64,000 nucleotides of DNA from Flavobacterium sp. (GTDB lineage: Bacteria > Bacteroidota > Bacteroidia > Flavobacteriales > Flavobacteriaceae), in NCBI GenBank assembly GCA_010365135.1, contig JAAFGY010000001.1, positions 11,419 through 75,418 on the forward strand. The letters are read 5' to 3'. The translations under genes and the position numbers were made by a program. Of this stretch, positions 9,446 to 18,661 are shown one piece after another (the stretch's first letter is position 1; every line of letters begins with the position of its first letter). Below the pieces are notes generated by a model. It saw only the letters and a list, made by a program, of their open reading frames with translations, was not told the origin of the DNA and made no database searches.

Positions 9446-9603
9446 TCACTTTTAATCTTAAAAACTGCCAATATCGTATAAACTAAAAATATTGGCGTAG
9501 CCTTTATGATTAATTTGCAATTTTAGTGGTGTTAAATATTATTTTGAAATTTCGAAATATTGCGAATAAAGAGGTGAAATTAAACACTTCTTTTCTTTGG
9601 ATT

Positions 9604-9636
9604 AGACCTCAAAGGTTTTAAAAACTTTTGAGGTCT
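9604..9636. repeat. 33-bp REP-like palindrome
   Basis: AGACCTCAAAGGTTTT-A-AAAACTTTTGAGGTCT: 16-bp arms, one G.T pair, 1-nt centre. Confidence 0.75.
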
Positions 9637-9689
9637 GTCTTGAAAATCAATGAGTACTAAATTTAACTCTTGAATTGCAGTAATAATAA

Positions 9690-9726
9690 AACCATTAAGA
9701 AATTCTAAAAAATGATCTTAATGGTT
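9690..9726. repeat. Short inverted element AACCATTAAGA...TCTTAATGGTT
   Basis: Perfect 11-bp terminal inverted repeat with the same termini as 1925-1985. Confidence 0.7.
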
Positions 9727-9752
9727 ACCTATTGAAGCTTTAGCGCTGAAAA

Positions 9753-10127
9753 TTATTCTTTTTTCAAGACAATACTTATAGGATTATAAATTTGAGGAAT
9801 TTGTTTTGGATCGTTTTTATAAGTAGTGATTTTACCTTTTATACAGACATTTTTATCTTTCAAATCTTCGATTTTGATGTTTAGTTTTTCGAGGTAACTG
9901 TTTGAAATTACCACCGTAAAAACGCTCTCAGGATACGGCTTGTCTATGTTGATGTAATTGGTGGATTTACCCTCGGAGGCAAGTTTGAAGGAAACCACTT
10001 TTCCTATTACACAAACTTCTTTATCCATATAATCCTTGGCCTTGGCGGTGGTAATAGTGTCTTGCGAAAAACAATTTACCGATAAAACCAGAAGAAAAGC
10101 TATTGCAAAATTTTTCATTGTAAGCAT
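9753..10127 (-). CDS. Small exported OB-fold protein (putative nucleic-acid binding); alternative start 10118
   Basis: Signal peptide ending FSQ; pattern AKDYMDKEVCVIGKV...YINIDKPYP...FTVVI...VCIKGKITTY typical of stand-alone OB folds. Confidence 0.65.
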   Translation of the reverse strand: MLTMKNFAIAFLLVLSVNCFSQDTITTAKAKDYMDKEVCVIGKVVSFKLASEGKSTNYINIDKPYPESVFTVVISNSYLEKLNIKIEDLKDKNVCIKGKITTYKNDPKQIPQIYNPISIVLKKE

Positions 10128-10136
10128 TTTTTAAAA

Positions 10137-11240
10137 TTATTTTACTTCTTTTAATAAATAAATATAAACTGGAAAGTGGTCGCTATAGCCTATTTCGTTT
10201 TCCGAATGTCGAAGAGGATACCCGGCGTATCTTCCGAATTTTTCGATCATAAACGGTTTGTTATAAATTCCGGCTTTCCAATATTCAAAAGTAGAATAAT
10301 CATTCTTAATCAACGTTTCGGAAACCATAATCTGGTCAAATATATCTCCAGCATCACGATAGAATAATGATGAATTGCCCTCTTTTGCCATTTGTTCGAA
10401 AGGATTATAAACACCAAATTGTTGTACTTCTGCTTTAGTTAATTTTGCTCCAAGTCCCACTTTTACACTTTTATTATAGGTTCCGTCGTTTAGATCGCCC
10501 ATTAAAATGATTTTGGCTTTTGGATTTACTTTATAAACAGAATCCATCACTTTTCGCGCTAATCTTCCTGCGGCTTCGCGAAATGGGCTACTTTTTTTCT
10601 CACCACCGGAACGTGACGGCCAGTGATTTACCATTAAATTTATTTCTTCGCCGTCAAGAAAACCGGTCACTAAGAGAATATCTCTGGTGTAAACTCTATT
10701 GTCGAAGGCAATTTCTATTTTATCTTTGTCGGCTTTGTCTTCTTCGGTTTCTTTATCTTTTTCATTATTATTTCCTCGATAAATAATTAAGGGAATATTG
10801 ATAAAACTGGTAGGTTTAAAATATTTTTTTTGATATAAAAGTCCTACATCAATACCTCTTTTGTCAGGAGAATCAAAGTGCACAATTCCATAATCGTCTT
10901 TAATGATATTTGGTTGTTTTACTAAATCTTCAAGCACGCCACGGTTTTCGATTTCGGAACATCCAATAAAAGTGGGTGCTTCTTTTTGCATATCATTGGT
11001 ACCGATTTGCATCAATACTTTCGACAGATTTTCTAATTTTTGTTTGTATTTAGCTGAAGTCCAACGCTGAAGCCCTTTTGGAGTCCATTCCTCATCAAAA
11101 TTTGGGTTGTTAATAGTGTCGAATAAATTTTCGAAATTATAAAATGCAACTGTATGTACAATATATTTTTTCTGTTGGGCATTTGCCTGAATTACTGAAG
11201 AAAAAACAAACAAAACAGCAATAAAACTTTTAATTTTCAT
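10137..11240 (-). CDS. Exported endonuclease/exonuclease/phosphatase (EEP, DNase I-like) protein
   Basis: Signal peptide ending ANAQ; FYNFENLF, SEIEN, NHWPS, MGDLND, FDQI, YSDHFPV motifs. The ATG at 11240 fits the upstream promoter better than the track start. Confidence 0.88.
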   Translation of the reverse strand: MKIKSFIAVLFVFSSVIQANAQQKKYIVHTVAFYNFENLFDTINNPNFDEEWTPKGLQRWTSAKYKQKLENLSKVLMQIGTNDMQKEAPTFIGCSEIENRGVLEDLVKQPNIIKDDYGIVHFDSPDKRGIDVGLLYQKKYFKPTSFINIPLIIYRGNNNEKDKETEEDKADKDKIEIAFDNRVYTRDILLVTGFLDGEEINLMVNHWPSRSGGEKKSSPFREAAGRLARKVMDSVYKVNPKAKIILMGDLNDGTYNKSVKVGLGAKLTKAEVQQFGVYNPFEQMAKEGNSSLFYRDAGDIFDQIMVSETLIKNDYSTFEYWKAGIYNKPFMIEKFGRYAGYPLRHSENEIGYSDHFPVYIYLLKEVK

Positions 11241-11284
11241 GATTAGATAATATTTTAATGTGAATTTTAACAAAAACTTAAGAG

Positions 11285-11292
11285 CAAAAGTA
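11285..11292 (-). promoter_or_regulatory. Sigma-A -7 element for the EEP nuclease/OB-fold genes
   Basis: TACTTTTG on the minus strand. Confidence 0.5.
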
Positions 11293-11312
11293 GATAATAA
11301 AAATTATAAATG

Positions 11313-11320
11313 TAGTTTTG
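11313..11320 (+). promoter_or_regulatory. Sigma-A -7 element for the TonB receptor/DUF5689 genes
   Basis: TAGTTTTG matches TAnnTTTG. Confidence 0.5.
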
Positions 11321-11374
11321 TAACCGTTAAGAATGATTATTTCTTGACAAATACGAATTAACCTTTTACTATTT

Positions 11375-14140
11375 ATGAAAAAAATTATTTTTAGTACATT
11401 ATTTGTAATGCAAATAGTGTTTGCCTTTGGACAATCAAATGCTGGTATTACTGGTAAATTGATTGATTCTAAAACACAAAAACCAATTCAAAGTGTTGTT
11501 GTGTCGATTCAAAATACCAATTTAATGCAACTTTCTGACTCCAATGGAAAGTTTTCTTTTGACAAAGTGGAACTGGGAAACCAAATAGTCCGCCTCAAAA
11601 CTAACGGCTACAAGGAACAATTACTTCAAATTGAAATTATTGAAGGGCAGTTATTGAATTTAGGAACTGTAACGATGGAAGAAGACATCACCACGGAGCA
11701 ACAATCTACCCTAATAACTATTACTGACAATGATTTGAGTGACGACAATAGTGGCTCCGAAAGTACTGCAGGATTACTACAAGCCTCAAAAGACGTGTTT
11801 TTGCAAGCTGCTGCCTATAATTTTGGACAAGCAAGATTTAGCGTTAGAGGTATTGATAATGAATATTCGAATGTAATGATTAATGGCATCACCATGAATC
11901 GTGTTGCCGATGGAAGACCACAATACGGCGACTGGGGAGGATTGAATGATGCTACTCGAAACCAAGAATATACTAATGGTTTAGCGCCCTCCGATTATAC
12001 TTTTGGTGGAATTGCTGGAACACAATTTATAAACACACGAGCCTCTATTTACAGACCCGGAACAAGAATTTCTTACCTGAACACAAATACTAATTATAGT
12101 AATAGAGTTATGGTAACTCACGCCTCAGGAATGGATAAAGACGGCTGGGCTTATGTGATTTCTGGCGGAAGACGTTGGGCTCAAAATGGATACTTCGAAG
12201 GAACTACTTATGATGCAAATTCTTTGTTCGCTAGTATTGAAAAGAAAATCAACGACCACCACAGCCTTAACTTTACCTCGATTTATGCACAAAATATAAG
12301 AGGAAAAAATTCTCCAAATACTGCCGAACAATCTGATTTAGCAGGCGAAAAATACAATTCATATTGGGGATATCAAGAGGGTGAAAAAAGAAATTCAAGA
12401 GTTAAAAAAACCGAAGAGCCTATGTTTATGTTGTCGCATTATTGGAAAGTTAATCCAAAAACAAACTTAAACACTACTGTTTCTTATCAAACTGGTCAAA
12501 TAGGAAATAGCCGTTTGGATTATACCAAAGCGGACAATCCTGATCCTATTTATTATAGAAAATTACCAAGTTTTTATACCAATTCTTTTGATGCCAATAA
12601 TAATTATGTTGGAAACACTCCAAAATATATTGCATTAGCAGAACAACAAAAAATCAATTTCCTTGACAACAAGCAATTAGACTGGAAAGATTTGTACCGA
12701 ATCAACGATGAAAGTTTAGCAAATGGCAGCCGAATAGTATTGTATGAAGATAGAAGTGACGAAAACATTGCCACATTCAATACAAGGTTAAACACTCAAC
12801 TATCGGATAATGTTATAATGACAGCCGGTGCAAACTATTTAGATTCTAAAACAAAGAATTTTAAAAATATGATTGACCTTTTAGGGGGAACCTATTTTGC
12901 AGATAAAAGTACTTTTGGTAAAGGACCCCAACAATTTTCAGATTTGAACAATCCAAACAGAACGGTGGGCGTTGGCGAGCATTATGGTTACAATTATAAT
13001 ATCGATGTTACTAAATTAGATGCTTTTACCCAATTTAAATTTACGTACAAAAAAGTAGATTTCTATTTAGCACAAACCTTTTCACGCTCCAGTTATTTAA
13101 GAGAGGGTTTATATAAAAATGGCTATTATGAGAATAATTCTTATGGAAAAAGCGAAAAAGTTTTCTTCGATAACTTTGGTTTCAAAGGCGGCATGACTTA
13201 TAAATTATCTGGAAGAAATTTTATTGACGTCAATGCAGTTTATATGACTAAAGCACCTAACTCAAAAGATGTTTTTCCAAACTCTCGTGTAAACAATGAC
13301 ATAACTCCGGACATTACTAACGAAAACATCAAAGGTGGAGATGTAAGTTATATTGTTAAAGCTCCAAAATTCAAAGCGCGTTTTACAGGATATTTCTCTG
13401 AAACCTTAAACTCAACTGACATCAGTTTCTATTATGCTGATGCAGTAAGTAGTGCTGGAAATGGAGCATTTGTATCAGAAGTAGTAACTGGTTTAAATAA
13501 AAAAAATAGAGGTGTTGAAGTGGGTCTGGAATATCAATTGACTTCTACCATAAAAGTTACTGGTGTTGCTGCTTATGGCGAATATCTGCTAACAAATAAT
13601 CCAAACGTAAGTTTATCCGATGATGCTTCGGCAACAGTCACAAATTACGGAAAAACTAAATTAGAGGGTTTAAGACAATCCGGAATGCCGCAACAGGCTT
13701 ATTCATTTGGAATAGAATACAGAGACCCAAAATTCTGGTGGATTGGGGCCAATGCCAATTATCTAGCAGACAATTATCTTGATGTTTCCTCCATTAGAAG
13801 AACCGATAACTTCTATACTAATATTGACAATGCCGGATTAACAATTGATCAAGCATTAGCAGACAAATATTTGAAACAAGAAAAATTTGATTCCTTCTTT
13901 TTGTTTAACTTAGTAGGAGGAAAATCTTGGAGAATCAAAGGAAACACTTTAGGACTTTTTGCAACCGTAAATAATGTTTTAGACATTACCTATAAAACAG
14001 GTGGTTTCGAGCAATCAAGAAATGCTACTTACAGACAAGAATTTGAAGATCATCAAAGTAGCGGAGCGAGTGTATTTGCTCCAAAATATTTCTATGGATA
14101 TGGAAGATCATATATGGTAAATCTATATTTAACCTTTTAA
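11375..14140 (+). CDS. TonB-dependent receptor with N-terminal carboxypeptidase-regulatory-like domain (non-SusC type)
   Basis: Signal peptide; plug FSVRGIDNEYSNVMING; beta-barrel pattern; C-terminal YLTF; 921 aa. Confidence 0.88.
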   Translation: MKKIIFSTLFVMQIVFAFGQSNAGITGKLIDSKTQKPIQSVVVSIQNTNLMQLSDSNGKFSFDKVELGNQIVRLKTNGYKEQLLQIEIIEGQLLNLGTVTMEEDITTEQQSTLITITDNDLSDDNSGSESTAGLLQASKDVFLQAAAYNFGQARFSVRGIDNEYSNVMINGITMNRVADGRPQYGDWGGLNDATRNQEYTNGLAPSDYTFGGIAGTQFINTRASIYRPGTRISYLNTNTNYSNRVMVTHASGMDKDGWAYVISGGRRWAQNGYFEGTTYDANSLFASIEKKINDHHSLNFTSIYAQNIRGKNSPNTAEQSDLAGEKYNSYWGYQEGEKRNSRVKKTEEPMFMLSHYWKVNPKTNLNTTVSYQTGQIGNSRLDYTKADNPDPIYYRKLPSFYTNSFDANNNYVGNTPKYIALAEQQKINFLDNKQLDWKDLYRINDESLANGSRIVLYEDRSDENIATFNTRLNTQLSDNVIMTAGANYLDSKTKNFKNMIDLLGGTYFADKSTFGKGPQQFSDLNNPNRTVGVGEHYGYNYNIDVTKLDAFTQFKFTYKKVDFYLAQTFSRSSYLREGLYKNGYYENNSYGKSEKVFFDNFGFKGGMTYKLSGRNFIDVNAVYMTKAPNSKDVFPNSRVNNDITPDITNENIKGGDVSYIVKAPKFKARFTGYFSETLNSTDISFYYADAVSSAGNGAFVSEVVTGLNKKNRGVEVGLEYQLTSTIKVTGVAAYGEYLLTNNPNVSLSDDASATVTNYGKTKLEGLRQSGMPQQAYSFGIEYRDPKFWWIGANANYLADNYLDVSSIRRTDNFYTNIDNAGLTIDQALADKYLKQEKFDSFFLFNLVGGKSWRIKGNTLGLFATVNNVLDITYKTGGFEQSRNATYRQEFEDHQSSGASVFAPKYFYGYGRSYMVNLYLTF

Positions 14141-14152
14141 AAATTAATCATT

Positions 14153-15556
14153 ATGAAAAATAAAATAAAAAATATATGTATCCTTATTGCATCGGCTGGG
14201 TTATTATCGAGCTGTGTGAATGATACTTTTAACACTCCCACATTTGATGATTGTGTTAGTCCAGGTTTGACAAAAACCAAAACAATTGCCGATATTTATG
14301 CTATTGCCAAAAATCCGGTAGCAACAGCGCCAAGTGTGGTTCCGAATACGCCAACATACACTGCCGACGATATTATTGAAGCTTATGTAGTTTCAAGTGA
14401 CGAAGGCGGAAATTTTTATAAAAGTATGTATTTCCAAGCTGTAGATGGTTCAAAAGGATTCAACCTTTCTGTAGATGAAGTAAATGCTTACACCAAACAT
14501 TTGCAACCCGGTAAAAAAGTGTTTTTAAAACTAAAAGGTTTGGCTTATGCAAATCCAACTAGTTTTGGTGTTGGTTTAATCTTTGGAGCAAAACCTACCG
14601 AGCAATATGCTGTGGATAGATTATCAGGTTTAGAATATAAAAAATATTTAATTCCTTCCTGCGATGCCGTTAGTGAAGATGCTATTATCCATAAAATCAC
14701 TTTGGCTCAAGTTGGCGATGCTTACTTAAACACCCTAGTGGAATTTGACAATGTTGAGTTTGCCGATGAATCTGCCGGTGGAACATACGATTCAGTACTG
14801 TCAGATGATTATGATTCAAGTATATTCATTACCGATGGTTCAAAAACGCTAACCATTAGAACAAGTCGATTTGCGAATTTTGCAGGTTCAAAAGTCCCTA
14901 CTGGAAGAGGAAAAATAAGAGGTGTATTGACTAAATACAATTCTACCTATCAAATTATAATGAGAACAGAACGCGACGTAAATATGCCAAATCCAAGAGT
15001 AGATTATTCGCCTGCACTTGTTGGTACAAATTCCACTGTTTTCCCTGGAACTGTAAACGAAACTTTCGAAAGTTATGCTACTTCTCAAACTAATTTTCCC
15101 AATTATATCAATGATGCAGCCGTAGGTTCAAGATATTGGGGAGTGACATCATTTAATTCTAATAAATACATCCAAATGACTTCGTTTGGTTCTGGTGGTT
15201 CTAATAATGCTTATTTATTGGTTCCTGTAAATATGACGACTGCTAATAATTTTTCGTTCAAATCGAATGTGGGGTATTGGAATGGTGCCGTTTTGAATGT
15301 GTATTACGTTTTAGCCACTGATTATATTGCTGGCGGAAAGGTAGATGTTTCTAAAATGGTAAATATTACCTCCAAATTCATAATCCCTTCAACACCAACC
15401 TCTGGTTATGGAACTGGTTTTGCTGCAAGTGGAGTTTATGCAATTCCAGCAACGGTAACGGGTAACGGGTATTTTGTGTTTGAATATGCCGGAAATGCTG
15501 CTGCTTTCCCTGCCGTAACTTCCACTTTACAATTGGATAATATTACAGTAAATTAA
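14153..15556 (+). CDS. DUF5689-family surface lipoprotein
   Basis: Lipobox LSSC; EAYVVSSDEGGNFYKSMYFQ and IRTSRFANFA...GVLTKYNSTYQII segments; C-terminal beta-sandwich-like region. Confidence 0.72.
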   Translation: MKNKIKNICILIASAGLLSSCVNDTFNTPTFDDCVSPGLTKTKTIADIYAIAKNPVATAPSVVPNTPTYTADDIIEAYVVSSDEGGNFYKSMYFQAVDGSKGFNLSVDEVNAYTKHLQPGKKVFLKLKGLAYANPTSFGVGLIFGAKPTEQYAVDRLSGLEYKKYLIPSCDAVSEDAIIHKITLAQVGDAYLNTLVEFDNVEFADESAGGTYDSVLSDDYDSSIFITDGSKTLTIRTSRFANFAGSKVPTGRGKIRGVLTKYNSTYQIIMRTERDVNMPNPRVDYSPALVGTNSTVFPGTVNETFESYATSQTNFPNYINDAAVGSRYWGVTSFNSNKYIQMTSFGSGGSNNAYLLVPVNMTTANNFSFKSNVGYWNGAVLNVYYVLATDYIAGGKVDVSKMVNITSKFIIPSTPTSGYGTGFAASGVYAIPATVTGNGYFVFEYAGNAAAFPAVTSTLQLDNITVN

Positions 15557-15574
15557 TAATTTTTGAATAAATTT

Positions 15575-15607
15575 AAAAAGGCTTCCACAACGGAAGCCTT
15601 TTTTTTG
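15575..15607 (+). terminator. Intrinsic terminator after DUF5689
   Basis: AGGCTTCC-acaac-GGAAGCCT followed by a T run. Confidence 0.8.
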
Positions 15608-15661
15608 ATTTATACTTAAATCATAGTTCGAAAAATACCCAAAAGTCCTTAATTTAATGAC

Positions 15662-15669
15662 TAACTTTG
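15662..15669 (+). promoter_or_regulatory. Sigma-A -7 element for the endonuclease gene
   Basis: TAACTTTG 21 nt before the ATG at 15691. Confidence 0.55.
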
Positions 15670-15690
15670 CTTTCCAAATTTTTTTTAAAA

Positions 15691-17655
15691 ATGAAAAATA
15701 CCTTTACCCTACTTATATCCCTTCTCACTTATTTTTCCTATGGACAAGTGGTTATCAACGAACTGGATTGTGACACTCCAAGTACTGACGACAAAGAATT
15801 TATCGAATTAAAATCAACTACACCACTTTTTCCCCTTGACGGTTATGTTTTAGTATTTTTTAATGGAAATCCCACGGGAAGCACAGCAAACAGCAGCTAT
15901 CTTACCATCAACCTCAATGGATTGACTACAGATGTCAATGGAATAATTCTTATTGGAAATACCCTCATTTCTCCGGTTCCTGAAAAAATAATTTCTGACA
16001 ATCTTATTCAAAATGGTCCTGACGGCGTTGGTCTTTATCTAGGAAGTACCTCAGATTTTCCATTAAATACTTTGGCAACAAAAGTGAATTTAATCGATGC
16101 ACTCGTTTATGATACAATCGACATAGATGCTACAGTATTGATGGGTTTATTGGGTGTTACTACACAATATGACGAAGGTCAAAACAACCTTCAAATGACA
16201 CAATCCATTCAAAGAAAAAACGACGGAACCTACGAAACCAAAGCACCAACTCCCGGAGCTAATAACGACGGAAGCGGAATAATTTTTAACGGAATTACAA
16301 TAACCACAAACACAGCCGACAAAAATGAAGGAGATAGCTTCCCTATTACTTTCACCACACAAACAAATGTAACCAGTGATTTAACATTTTCTTTTTCGCT
16401 AAATAATTCTACGTTCACAACCGCCGATTTTACGGGAAACACTATCATAACTATTCCTTCGGGTTCCAAAAGTTTTACCACGACTATTACTTTAACAGAT
16501 GATATTTTAGACGAAGGTGACGAAGTTTTAAAAATTAGATTTGGAACAATTCCAGCAACATACAACCGCCTTAATGATAATATCTTAGTTCGTGTTATTG
16601 ATAATGATTATGTGGTAGCACCTTATGGAACGCCATTAAATCCAACCTACGGCATCGTTTCTAGCACTAGTCCAACCGGATATTATGATGCTCTCGAAGG
16701 GCTTTCGGGTGCCGCTTTGAAACAAGCCGTTCAAAATATTATAGCAGATCCAGCCGTGGTTCACGCTCAAAATTACGGTGACATCATAGATATTCTAAAA
16801 AAAGCCGATCAAAATCCTAAAAATAGCAATCAAGTTTGGTTAATGTACGTAGAAAAACCACGATCAAAACTTGATTTTCAAGAAACTGGAATCAACACCG
16901 GAAAATGGAATCGCGAACACATTTACCCGCAATCGCGTGGCGGTTACACCGATGGCACTTCAAGTACTGCTGATGGAATAAATATTTGGTTGCCTACAAA
17001 TGCCGACGATATTCTTGCGGGTCACGGCGATGCACACCACATTCGTGCCGAAGATGGGGCAGAAAACAGCCTTCGCAACAATAATGATTATGGATTAACA
17101 GGTTACAATGGACCGGTCGGAACAATGGGTTCTTGGAAAGGCGATGTGGCACGTTCTGTATTTTATATGGCCGTTCGCTACAATGCTTTAAGCGTTGTCA
17201 ATGGCGATATTCCCGATACAACCGTTGGGCAATTGGGCGATTTAGCTTCTTTGTTATTGTGGAATAGTTTAGATCCTTCGGATGATTTTGAGATGAACAG
17301 AAATAATTACATTTACACCTGGCAAGTCAATAGAAATCCGTTTATTGATTATCCCGATTTGGCGAATTATATTTGGGGAGCCAAAGTGGGTCAAGCTTGG
17401 CATTCCAATTTATCGACTACTAATTTTATCAATCTTGGTATAAATTTGTACCCGAATCCCGCCAAAAAATCCATTACTATTTCAGGTTTGAATGAAAAGG
17501 CAAAGATCGAAATATACAATACCATTGGAGCGAAAGTAGTAGAAAAAACATTCACAGGAGAAACAAAAATAGACATCGATTTGCCTTCAGGAATTTATTT
17601 TGCCAAAATCAATTCAGAGGACAAAACCGTTGTCAAAAAAATTTTAATTGAGTAA
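15691..17655 (+). CDS. T9SS-secreted endonuclease I (His-Me finger) with N-terminal lamin-tail-like and Calx-beta-like domains
   Basis: VINELDCD...EFIEL (LTD-like); WNREHIYPQS, DAHHIRAED, KGDVARSVFYMAVRY, RNPFIDYP; type-A CTD LYPNPA...SGIYFAKI...VKKILIE. Confidence 0.88.
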   Translation: MKNTFTLLISLLTYFSYGQVVINELDCDTPSTDDKEFIELKSTTPLFPLDGYVLVFFNGNPTGSTANSSYLTINLNGLTTDVNGIILIGNTLISPVPEKIISDNLIQNGPDGVGLYLGSTSDFPLNTLATKVNLIDALVYDTIDIDATVLMGLLGVTTQYDEGQNNLQMTQSIQRKNDGTYETKAPTPGANNDGSGIIFNGITITTNTADKNEGDSFPITFTTQTNVTSDLTFSFSLNNSTFTTADFTGNTIITIPSGSKSFTTTITLTDDILDEGDEVLKIRFGTIPATYNRLNDNILVRVIDNDYVVAPYGTPLNPTYGIVSSTSPTGYYDALEGLSGAALKQAVQNIIADPAVVHAQNYGDIIDILKKADQNPKNSNQVWLMYVEKPRSKLDFQETGINTGKWNREHIYPQSRGGYTDGTSSTADGINIWLPTNADDILAGHGDAHHIRAEDGAENSLRNNNDYGLTGYNGPVGTMGSWKGDVARSVFYMAVRYNALSVVNGDIPDTTVGQLGDLASLLLWNSLDPSDDFEMNRNNYIYTWQVNRNPFIDYPDLANYIWGAKVGQAWHSNLSTTNFINLGINLYPNPAKKSITISGLNEKAKIEIYNTIGAKVVEKTFTGETKIDIDLPSGIYFAKINSEDKTVVKKILIE

Positions 17656-17659
17656 AAAT

Positions 17660-18661
17660 ATGCGGAATAATCGGTTTTCATTTAAAAAAAGGGACGCTGT
17701 TTTTTATAAACTTCTAATGCTTATTTTTGTTTTACAATTTTCCACTATTCAAGCGCAAACACCTATGAAAATTCCGCCCAGTTTACAAAAAGGAGATACT
17801 GTAGCCATTTTGGCAACCGCAAGAAAAAACATCGATAACAATCTAAAACCAGCCATAGATTTGCTACACAGTTGGGGATTGGAAGTCGTAATTGGCAAAA
17901 CGATAGGATTGGATGACAATCAATTAGCAGGAACCGATGCACAACGCGCCGAAGATTTTCAGCATCAATTGGACAATCCAAATATTAAAGCGATTTGGTG
18001 CGTTCGCGGTGGTTATGGAACCGTTCGAATAATAGATTTGTTGGATTTTACCCAATTCAAACAAAACCCAAAATGGATTGTTGGTTTCAGCGATGTCACC
18101 ATTCTCCACAGTTATTTAAATAAATTAAAAATCGCTTCTCTTCACGCCGCAATGCCTGTAACAGTCGCAAAAGCAACGCCAGAAACTATCGAAAGTTTAC
18201 GCAAAGCTCTTTTTGGCGAAAGCCTGAAATATGAAATTCCATCCGATGCCACCAACCGTTTGGGGAATGCAAAAGGCGAAATCGTAGGCGGAAATTTATC
18301 CATTTTATACAGTTTGATGGGCTCGAACGCGCAAATCGATTGCAAAGGAAAAATTCTTTTTATCGAAGATATCGACGAATATTTATACCACATCGATCGA
18401 ATGATGATGAGCCTAAAACGCTGTGGTTGTTTTGACAATTTGAATGCCTTAATTGTGGGTGGAATGACCAAAATGAGAGATAACGACATTCCGTGGGGGA
18501 AAAACGCCAACCAAATTATACAAGAGGTGACCAAAGGATATTCTTTTCCCATACTATATAATTTCCCCGCAGGACATTTTCACGACAACAGAGCTTTGAT
18601 TTTGGGCAAACAAGTTTCTTTAGAAATAAACAAAGCCTCTTCAAAACTGATTTTCGAATGA
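17660..18661 (+). CDS. LD-carboxypeptidase (peptidase S66)
   Basis: RGGYG, GFSDVT (catalytic Ser), GGNLS, FIED, GH motifs. Start uncertain (17648 TTG or 17660 ATG). Confidence 0.9.
   Translation: MRNNRFSFKKRDAVFYKLLMLIFVLQFSTIQAQTPMKIPPSLQKGDTVAILATARKNIDNNLKPAIDLLHSWGLEVVIGKTIGLDDNQLAGTDAQRAEDFQHQLDNPNIKAIWCVRGGYGTVRIIDLLDFTQFKQNPKWIVGFSDVTILHSYLNKLKIASLHAAMPVTVAKATPETIESLRKALFGESLKYEIPSDATNRLGNAKGEIVGGNLSILYSLMGSNAQIDCKGKILFIEDIDEYLYHIDRMMMSLKRCGCFDNLNALIVGGMTKMRDNDIPWGKNANQIIQEVTKGYSFPILYNFPAGHFHDNRALILGKQVSLEINKASSKLIFE

Noticed and set aside
11321-11374. Cobalamin or TPP riboswitch ahead of either TonB receptor (also 54524-54667)
   Set aside because: The leaders are short or AT-rich with no B12-box or TPP core sequence.
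11375-15556. Classical SusC/SusD polysaccharide utilisation locus
   Set aside because: The receptor lacks the SusC plug signature, the partner has no SusD features, and the flanking enzymes are nucleases rather than CAZymes.
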